IMG/VR virus record: IMGVR_UViG_3300043414_001003
Coordinates: 1-44,713 of that record
Source of the DNA: a virus
Lineage: Duplodnaviria > Caudoviricetes
Strand: one strand, 5' to 3'
Length of the DNA: 44,713 nucleotides
Position numbers and translations under genes: made by a program. The notes below the pieces were generated by a model, which saw only the letters and a program-made list of their open reading frames with translations, searched no databases and was not told the DNA's origin. Shown here one piece after another: positions 15,580-22,441 of the stretch. How positions within the stretch are numbered: the stretch's first letter is position 1; each line of letters opens with the position of its first letter.

Positions 15580-16173
15580 ATGACTACAATTCCAACTTGG
15601 TACTACAAGAGAGCAAATTTGCCAATGGGCAATCAAATTATAAAAGAATTTCAAGATGCATTACCCGCTCTCTTACAGTCGTTAGGCCACAAAGAAAGAA
15701 CTTACAATCAACTCCCGGATATAAATTTAGTTAAAGAGTTAGTCCCTTCATTATCAATTGCACTTAAAGAAATGAACCTGTATAATGTATGGCATAGAGT
15801 ATCATTAGTAGCTGCTTGGCCATATAGACCGTTGCCAGTTCACAGAGACGGATCTGCAACAAAAATACGTGAGTATGCGTTAAATTTTCCTATATATGGG
15901 TGTGAGTATTCTGAAACTTCATTTTATGAGCAAAAAAAAGAATATTCTAATCTACCAGATATAATCCATCAGCGAGTTAATTTATCCGGGGCAGTTTTTT
16001 TAGAACCCAATTCAAAAATAGAAAAGCAACTAGAAAAAGTAGATAGCGTAATAGTCTCAGAACCTACTTGGCTTAAAACCGGAGCATATCATAGTGTTAG
16101 TTCAACTAAGCCTAGGATGGCTGCGTCAGTTAGATTTGAGCCGGAACCGTTTGATTATTTAAATTCATTATAA
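15580..16173 (+). CDS. 2OG/Fe(II) oxygenase-like protein
   Basis: PVHRD...YALNFPI and distal YHSV...PRMAASVRF. Confidence 0.65.
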   Translation: MTTIPTWYYKRANLPMGNQIIKEFQDALPALLQSLGHKERTYNQLPDINLVKELVPSLSIALKEMNLYNVWHRVSLVAAWPYRPLPVHRDGSATKIREYALNFPIYGCEYSETSFYEQKKEYSNLPDIIHQRVNLSGAVFLEPNSKIEKQLEKVDSVIVSEPTWLKTGAYHSVSSTKPRMAASVRFEPEPFDYLNSL

Positions 16174-16994
16174 TCTAAGTCAGCTTGTATGTCTTGTCTG
16201 ATAAAATCAGTTATACATACCTTGTGTTTGTTTTTATTAAAACCCCACATCCATATATCAGCAGGAATTAAATCATTCTCCAAACAATATTTATGTTGAT
16301 GTTTTTTAGCATGTTCAGTAATATATGTTGCTTTGAAGTTTGGTAATATGACTTTAGCACCTTCAACTGCCTGGCAGTTAAAATAATTATAGCTGTATGA
16401 AGCACTTATTGGCATAGTTAATGTTTGTGCTAGGTTGTCCCCAAACACTATGCCTGCCCTCAAGCCCGCTAGCATAAATGATTTACTCAAGCTAAAGGCT
16501 ACTGAATCAAACACACTATCACTTGTATCTAATGTATCCAGTGTAGTTCCATAAAAAGCACAGTCTAAGAATATCTTAGTATTAACACTTTTGCAATGTT
16601 CTTTTAATGGTTCAAACCAAGGGGTAATACACCCCTCATGATTTGGCTGACTAACTATTACATAGCTGTTGGGCTTTATTTTATCTATATCAGAGGGCGA
16701 TATTGCTTTGTAATTATATGGTCTAAGTATAGTATGGTAGAAAGCATAATCTGTATCAAACGCATAAAAGGTATCTATTTTTTTATTCAGATATGCTACT
16801 TGGTTTATGATAGCGTCATGTATTCCATTAGATAGTGCCCAGTCTCTTTTAGTCTCGCACCCCTTAAAATCACTTATCCAATCAACCCACAATTTTCTGT
16901 ACGCAATCAAATCACTTTGATCGCCTTTGTTTTTTATCTCCATCTGAGATAATTTTTCTTGTACTTGACGAGGACAAAAACTATAGACAGCCAT
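16155..16994 (-). CDS. PLP-dependent (fold I) aminotransferase-like protein
   Basis: SQPN, FLDCAF and FSLSKSF-x-LAGLRAG motifs. Confidence 0.75.
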   Translation of the reverse strand: MAVYSFCPRQVQEKLSQMEIKNKGDQSDLIAYRKLWVDWISDFKGCETKRDWALSNGIHDAIINQVAYLNKKIDTFYAFDTDYAFYHTILRPYNYKAISPSDIDKIKPNSYVIVSQPNHEGCITPWFEPLKEHCKSVNTKIFLDCAFYGTTLDTLDTSDSVFDSVAFSLSKSFMLAGLRAGIVFGDNLAQTLTMPISASYSYNYFNCQAVEGAKVILPNFKATYITEHAKKHQHKYCLENDLIPADIWMWGFNKNKHKVCITDFIRQDIQADLDYNEFK

Positions 16995-16995
16995 G

Positions 16996-17487
16996 TTAAT
17001 TATCTACTGCACCAACCAAATGCAATCGGGGTTCTGATGAACAATTCATAAAAGTATGAAAATGTCTAGTATCTGTCCAATATGCGGCACCGGCGGGCAT
17101 ATGTTGTATTATTCCCTTTTTAAAAACAAAGTAGCATTCTCTATTAGTTATTATAGGTATATGTATTCTGGGTGATGAGTCCTGATGCATACTATAGCAA
17201 GTATTTGGGCCCACCCACAAAAATCTAGTACGAATTAATTTGTATTTGTTGATTATTTCTTCAAAAACAGTTCCTTTGTACAAAGGATTTAATTCAGAAT
17301 AAGATTTTTCATTACAATAGTTTTTGCCGGTCGATTCAAGCCATATATCTATACCTTCAGAGCCGATGCGATACTGCAATCCTGATTGCTTCTTATTTGG
17401 TATATCCAACCAAACAATATCATTATTAAGTTTATTAAATTCAGTTAATACCAATTCGCTGTCGATTGTGTCAATTGTTTTTATCAT
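16996..17487 (-). CDS. Asp/Asn beta-hydroxylase-like 2OG/Fe(II) oxygenase
   Basis: YSMHQD...RIHIPIITN and HTFMNCSSEPRLHLV. Confidence 0.75.
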   Translation of the reverse strand: MIKTIDTIDSELVLTEFNKLNNDIVWLDIPNKKQSGLQYRIGSEGIDIWLESTGKNYCNEKSYSELNPLYKGTVFEEIINKYKLIRTRFLWVGPNTCYSMHQDSSPRIHIPIITNRECYFVFKKGIIQHMPAGAAYWTDTRHFHTFMNCSSEPRLHLVGAVDN

Positions 17488-18071
17488 ATATCAAAATACC
17501 AAATAGTAGAATTATATTCTGCGGTGCGAGTGAGTTGTACACGTTGATTTAAAATAGTTTGTAGAAATTTAATATTCATATAAACATCGGGAAATCTATT
17601 TAAATCTCCCATATTAAAATCATGTCCGGCTATTTTACCTCCGGACTTAATTTTAGGCAACCAATAATCTATCCATTCTTTATCAGATGGATTTGTATGT
17701 GCTGCGTCTAAAAATAAAAAATCAATTTGTTGATTCCAATTTAACATATCCGTTGGATCGGATGCTTGTATTGTTGTGATATTTATGCAATCTTTTGTAT
17801 TTTCTAAGAAAGCATCCAACGAACATATTGTTCCAATAGCCGGTTTGTTGGGATATATACTGTCATGTGATGTTTCACCAACTTTCCAATTGCTCCACTT
17901 ATCTATACAATACAATTTTCCTAAAGGTATACTGTGGCTTATTTCCCAACTGCTGCGCCCCAAAAATGACCCAACTTCTACCCCAATACAAGTCTCTGAA
18001 TTATATTCCGTAAATAATTTTCGTAATACGTGACATTCATTTTCTGACATGTAACCGGGTATAGTGTTCAT
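17484..18071 (-). CDS. Class I SAM-dependent methyltransferase (Methyltransf_24-like)
   Basis: VEVGSFLGRS, FLFLDAAH and GGKIAGHDF. Confidence 0.85.
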   Translation of the reverse strand: MNTIPGYMSENECHVLRKLFTEYNSETCIGVEVGSFLGRSSWEISHSIPLGKLYCIDKWSNWKVGETSHDSIYPNKPAIGTICSLDAFLENTKDCINITTIQASDPTDMLNWNQQIDFLFLDAAHTNPSDKEWIDYWLPKIKSGGKIAGHDFNMGDLNRFPDVYMNIKFLQTILNQRVQLTRTAEYNSTIWYFDI

Positions 18072-18625
18072 TTAGTCCCAATCATCATATATCTAGTAAA
18101 ACTAAAATTTGGATATACAAATTCTTTACTACCAGCGTAATTACAATTACTTAATGGATAATAATTGATAAAACTTTCAAGTGATTCAGTATGTACAGTA
18201 TGTTCATCATCATGTATCATGTTATTTCCTTGTATAATTACACGCATTCCTTTAGGAAGATTATTAAACCAATCCATAGTATGAAAATGTTCTGAGGCTG
18301 TATTAATGATTAAATCACAATCGCCCTTTAAAGGAAAAATAGGCTTAGAGCAATCTTCAGTAAATGCCCCAAATCTTTTTTGAAATTTCCAATTTTCATT
18401 AATCATATTTGCAATATCTTTGCAGCTAGGATCTAAGTCAAAACTTTCAATTTGATTTACTTTAAATATACCTCTAGTGAACAATAAGAATGCTGTTATG
18501 GCATACCACCCTCCATATATGTGAGTGGTGTCACTACCCCAATTTAATTTTTCTAGTTCTTCGCACAGCCAAATTTTACTTTCAATTTGACTATTTGTGA
18601 ATGCATCATTATTGAATTCTATCAT
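18068..18625 (-). CDS. Class I SAM-dependent methyltransferase-like protein
   Basis: HIYGGWY, SFDLDP and DLIINTASEH. Confidence 0.65.
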   Translation of the reverse strand: MIEFNNDAFTNSQIESKIWLCEELEKLNWGSDTTHIYGGWYAITAFLLFTRGIFKVNQIESFDLDPSCKDIANMINENWKFQKRFGAFTEDCSKPIFPLKGDCDLIINTASEHFHTMDWFNNLPKGMRVIIQGNNMIHDDEHTVHTESLESFINYYPLSNCNYAGSKEFVYPNFSFTRYMMIGTK

Positions 18626-19155
18626 ACGCTATACATGGAATATACTTCATCTACTAATTTTTGTTGTGGGAAATACAGGTCAGTGTCCCGATATGTAAAT
18701 TGGTACAAGTTTTCACATTTAATTACATTATCAGTTTCGTTAGTTAATAAGTAGTTACAGATGTTTTCTATATTTTTTAATGCAATATCGAACCATTCTA
18801 AACTCTTATCTCTACTATACCCTGACTTACCAAACAAGTATATCCAGCTTTCAGCTATTTGTGACAGGTCTTGTCGTATAATAAACTTGTGAGTGTTTTG
18901 TAACAAGAAAGGTTCAAACGTTCTATGATTCAATACAACAAACTTATCTAAATTATCCTTAACATAATCGCTATCAAATTTAGTTTGTTTAGTATAATTA
19001 GTGTAGGCTTCGTGTGTTAATGGTTTTTGAAAAACACCAGCAGAATCTACAATAGAACGTTGAAACGGTTCGTCAGCAAAATCTTTTCCTAAATGTTCTG
19101 CCAGGTCGATGCAATATCTAGTGGCGCCTGATCTAGGAAAAGCGGTTATAATCAT
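18622..19155 (-). CDS. Sulfotransferase/P-loop-like protein
   Basis: N-terminal AFPRSGAT (PAPS-binding-loop-like) followed by EP and IIR motifs. Confidence 0.55.
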   Translation of the reverse strand: MIITAFPRSGATRYCIDLAEHLGKDFADEPFQRSIVDSAGVFQKPLTHEAYTNYTKQTKFDSDYVKDNLDKFVVLNHRTFEPFLLQNTHKFIIRQDLSQIAESWIYLFGKSGYSRDKSLEWFDIALKNIENICNYLLTNETDNVIKCENLYQFTYRDTDLYFPQQKLVDEVYSMYSV

Positions 19156-19682
19156 CAGATAGCTATCTTACCAATACTGTTAACTATGGAAGCAATTTTT
19201 GCGATGCTGCTTACTTCATTGAAGGTCATGCCTTCTTTCATAACCAACTCATCAGTATAAAATTTAATACTACGATTACATTTACCTACAATACTTGCTG
19301 ATAAGGCATACATGTAGAATTTCTTTTTTGACACCCCAAATGTACTGTTGATACTAGTAAAAGCATCATCTTCAATGTCCTGTGTGTCAGCAAAATTATA
19401 CCAAGTATTATTTCTACCCATCAACGCTGCTGCTGCTTTAGTTGCTTCACGTTCAGCATCGTGCATGAACAACGGACTATTCATTTCAATTTCAAATGCT
19501 AATCCACCGTTGCTTGCTGCTAGTGCTGCTGAATAAGCACAACCGTGTGCGTCAACTTTATCTAAACCATGATTCTCCATGATATACAAAAGATTAGTTT
19601 TGATATCTTCTGCGTGTTCAGGGATACTTTCTTTAACAGATTCTAGCCAGTTGCCGTTAACGGTTATTGGGTTTGGCATCAT
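19155..19682 (-). CDS. AhpD/carboxymuconolactone decarboxylase family protein, degenerate active site
   Basis: IPEHAEDIKTNL, KAAAALMGRNNTWY and ASIVGKC match AhpD; CxxC reads CNRS. Confidence 0.8.
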   Translation of the reverse strand: MMPNPITVNGNWLESVKESIPEHAEDIKTNLLYIMENHGLDKVDAHGCAYSAALAASNGGLAFEIEMNSPLFMHDAEREATKAAAALMGRNNTWYNFADTQDIEDDAFTSINSTFGVSKKKFYMYALSASIVGKCNRSIKFYTDELVMKEGMTFNEVSSIAKIASIVNSIGKIAI

Positions 19683-19813
19683 GGTGTCATTTCCTCATAA
19701 TCTTCCTTACCACACCCGCATTCAGGGCAAACATGATCGTCAGGAAGTTGTTCCCATTTACCTTCGATTGTTTCGTCGTGGACATGGCCACATATTACAC
19801 AAACGTGTTCCAT
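19679..19813 (-). CDS. Rubredoxin (44 aa)
   Basis: Not in track. MEHVCVICGHVHD...LPDDHVCPECGCGKEDY with two CxxCG knuckles; overlaps both neighbours (TAATG, ATGA). Confidence 0.9.
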   Translation of the reverse strand: MEHVCVICGHVHDETIEGKWEQLPDDHVCPECGCGKEDYEEMTP

Positions 19814-20262
19814 TATAGTTCTCCTAATTTTTGTTGATATGCTGCTGCGTGACGTTGTTCAACCTTTTGTAACGCCGCAAAACGTTTTTGTGCTTTAGCT
19901 AACACTGCCTTAAATTGTTCAGCATGTTCTTTGCTTTCTTCAATTTGATGTTGTGCTTCTTTGTAGGCAAAATCATTACCTTCATTGACCGCAGCAGTTG
20001 CCATTCTTGGATACATTGTAGTGAATTCATATGTTTCACCTTCAATGGCTTTTTCTAAACATTCTTTAGTTGATGGCTTACCGATCAACAATTCCAAATG
20101 ACCCCATGCGTGAAGCAATTCTTGATCCGCAGTATGCTCAAAATGTTTAGCAATATCTTCATTACCTTCTTCACGGGCAATCTTTGCGAAATAACGATAT
20201 TTGATATGTGCTTGACTTTCTCCTGACAAAGCACTTTCTAAGTTTTTAATTGTAATAGACAT
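19813..20262 (-). CDS. Rubrerythrin (ferritin-like domain only)
   Basis: ALSGESQA, QELLH, GETYEFTTMYP and ESKEH diiron motifs; SD AAGGAG. Confidence 0.92.
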   Translation of the reverse strand: MSITIKNLESALSGESQAHIKYRYFAKIAREEGNEDIAKHFEHTADQELLHAWGHLELLIGKPSTKECLEKAIEGETYEFTTMYPRMATAAVNEGNDFAYKEAQHQIEESKEHAEQFKAVLAKAQKRFAALQKVEQRHAAAYQQKLGEL

Positions 20263-20318
20263 GATCTCTCCTTGTGTGTAAAAGTCTCTATGAGTATACT
20301 CTACTCATAGATATTTAG

Positions 20319-20480
20319 CTACATATTTGGGTCAATCTTCTTTTTACGCAATTTTAGTTGCTCTCTGTACCAAGCTACTGCTGCGTCACGATCTTGTTTG
20401 GCGAGTTCTTCTGTTTTTTTATTGCGAATATGTTTAATGGTAAAAAATATACCAATCACAATCAATAGTAGAAGTAACAC
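20319..20480 (-). CDS. Small membrane-anchored hypothetical protein (53 aa)
   Basis: Not in track. GTG start, (M)LLLLLIVIGIFFTIKHIRNKK...; fills the intergenic gap. Confidence 0.5.
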   Translation of the reverse strand: MLLLLLIVIGIFFTIKHIRNKKTEELAKQDRDAAVAWYREQLKLRKKKIDPNM

Positions 20481-20484
20481 TACA

Positions 20485-20781
20485 TTAATCTTCTTTTATA
20501 TACAACCCGTTACTACGTTTATCTCTAGGATGATCTATATCCTGATCAAACTTTCGTTCTTTAAGTGTTTTTTCACCAAACACTTTTTCACTATGACATA
20601 TTAAACATTTTGGATTACCACAATCTAAAGCGTGATGTTTTGCCAATCTGTGCGGTTCTTTAATGAATTTTGTATGTCCCATATGCCCCATTTCTTTAAC
20701 AATTTTCAATTGTTTATGAATGGCATTGTCATCCTTAAGCAATCTTCTACTATGCTTAAGTTTATCAGTTTCAGTACTCAT
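20485..20781 (-). CDS. Hypothetical basic protein with CGNPKCLIC metal-binding motif
   Basis: 98 aa ORF immediately after iscU. Confidence 0.75.
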   Translation of the reverse strand: MSTETDKLKHSRRLLKDDNAIHKQLKIVKEMGHMGHTKFIKEPHRLAKHHALDCGNPKCLICHSEKVFGEKTLKERKFDQDIDHPRDKRSNGLYIKED

Positions 20782-20782
20782 A

Positions 20783-21163
20783 TTAATGTTTCTTTCTATA
20801 ATCTTCTACTGCGGCTTTGATGGCGTCTTCGGCGAGGATAGAGCAGTGGATTTTAACTGGGGGGAGGGCGAGGTGTTCGGCGATGGTAGAGTTTTTGAGG
20901 GTTGCAGCTTCATCCAATGTTTTACCCTTGACCCACTCAGTGACAAGACTTGAACTAGCAATTGCCGACCCGCACCCATATGTCTTAAATTTTGCATCTG
21001 ATATTATTCCTGTTAACGGGTCTACTTTAATTTGCAGTTTCATTACATCACCGCATGCGGGGGCACCGACCATTCCCGTACCCACATCTTCATCTTCTTT
21101 ACCAAAACTACCTACGTTACGTGGATTTTCGTAGTGGTCAACAACTTGCTGTGAATATGCCAT
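20783..21163 (-). CDS. iscU: Fe-S cluster scaffold IscU
   Basis: DHYENPRNVG, GAPACGD, YGCGSAIAS and LPPVKIHCS. Confidence 0.97.
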   Translation of the reverse strand: MAYSQQVVDHYENPRNVGSFGKEDEDVGTGMVGAPACGDVMKLQIKVDPLTGIISDAKFKTYGCGSAIASSSLVTEWVKGKTLDEAATLKNSTIAEHLALPPVKIHCSILAEDAIKAAVEDYRKKH

Positions 21164-21285
21164 TATTTAGCCTCTTTAGTAAACATTGCTAAAACTTTTG
21201 CTTGAATGTTTTTAGCAAATTGTGGTTGAGGGAAGTTCCATCCGACGAATGCACCTAAAAATAAATATAACAAAGTTTCTAACAT
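21163..21285 (-). CDS. Small membrane protein (40 aa)
   Basis: Not in track. MLETLLYLFLGAFVGWNFPQPQFAKNIQAKVLAMFTKEAK*; SD AGGAG and TAAATA upstream; stop overlaps the iscU ATG. Confidence 0.75.
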   Translation of the reverse strand: MLETLLYLFLGAFVGWNFPQPQFAKNIQAKVLAMFTKEAK

Positions 21286-21306
21286 AATATATCTCCTGTA
21301 CAGTAT

Positions 21307-21870
21307 TTAGTCAGTTGAATTATCTTCTATGACAATCCAGCCCAATTTAAACAAATCTTCACGTATCTCGTCTGTCACTACACTTTCACCTACGTATGCT
21401 TTAGCTTCAAAAATTTCTTGCCGTTGATGATTATCCATATTCTGAAATACTTCATTATCTATTGGTTCATCACTCTGTATACCAGTACAGTACCAATCCA
21501 TGTAGTCGCCTTGTTCACGCATATCAGCAACTATTGCTCCCGCGTGTCTCCAACTACAACCCCATTTTTTACCAGTTAGTATAGGCCATACATCATTTCT
21601 TTGAAACTCATTATTACAAATTGATGCGTATAGGTGTTGAGCATATACATTATCACTTTTAGCTTTCTCTATAATCCACTCAGTAGAACGCAAATCATAC
21701 TCTAAGTTATCTTTACGCCATTCTGGGTCTTGTGACCTTAATTTATCCTGAATATCATAATCCTCATAATGCTGTATGCTACTAATAGCATCTTCATTCA
21801 ATGGATCTTCTGCTAATTTTTCTCTATACATTTTAGTACGAAACTCATTTCTTGTCGGACTTCTGTTCAT
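21307..21870 (-). CDS. Hypothetical phage protein
   Basis: 187 aa ORF coupled to the hydrolase gene. Confidence 0.75.
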   Translation of the reverse strand: MNRSPTRNEFRTKMYREKLAEDPLNEDAISSIQHYEDYDIQDKLRSQDPEWRKDNLEYDLRSTEWIIEKAKSDNVYAQHLYASICNNEFQRNDVWPILTGKKWGCSWRHAGAIVADMREQGDYMDWYCTGIQSDEPIDNEVFQNMDNHQRQEIFEAKAYVGESVVTDEIREDLFKLGWIVIEDNSTD

Positions 21871-22387
21871 TCTTCACCTTCTGCTTGCTATAGAAAATAT
21901 GATTACCAATACGTGCTACTTGTTTATAAGGCCATAATGGATCAATTGTATTTGCATGAAAGAATAGTGCTGATTTGGGAACAATGTTCTTGTACATATC
22001 AAAGACCATAACTTCATACGCAACTCTCATTGCTTGTTTGAATTTTGGATTTGATTTGTTTGGATCACTTTTATCTTCGCAAACCCAACTAAACTGACAT
22101 ACAACATTCTCATTGATAGTTGTTTTTTGATAGATAACTTTGCAAGGTGTTTCGGCAAACCCATGATTAACACGATTCAATACAACTCTGGCGACAGCGG
22201 CCTGACCGGGCATTGCTTCTGCCCCTGCTTCATAATAAATATTTCTTGCCATACATGCGATTTGCTTCATATCAATTTTCTTTAGAGTAGGTAACTCAAT
22301 AGCAAATTGTGTTGGCGAAGGAATAGCCATGATTGTTAAAAACATCATGGTCATTATTATTATTTTATTTTTTAATGATAATAACAT
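21845..22387 (-). CDS. Cell-wall hydrolase, SleB/Hydrolase_2 family
   Basis: CMARNIYYEA, VARVVLNRV, CQFSW and IGNHIFY; N-terminal hydrophobic segment. Confidence 0.9.
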   Translation of the reverse strand: MLLSLKNKIIIMTMMFLTIMAIPSPTQFAIELPTLKKIDMKQIACMARNIYYEAGAEAMPGQAAVARVVLNRVNHGFAETPCKVIYQKTTINENVVCQFSWVCEDKSDPNKSNPKFKQAMRVAYEVMVFDMYKNIVPKSALFFHANTIDPLWPYKQVARIGNHIFYSKQKVKNEQKSDKK

Positions 22388-22398
22388 AATTTCCTTTC

Positions 22399-22416
22399 AC
22401 TGTAGTATACTACAGT
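22399..22416. promoter_or_regulatory. Perfect 18-bp palindrome containing a TATACT -10
   Basis: ACTGTAGTATACTACAGT, directly upstream of the hydrolase SD. Confidence 0.55.
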
Positions 22417-22441
22417 TTTGTTGAATAACCAAATGTTTTGG

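Noticed and set aside
19579-19818. 79-aa plus-strand ORF
   Set aside because: Shadow of the rubredoxin and AhpD-like genes.
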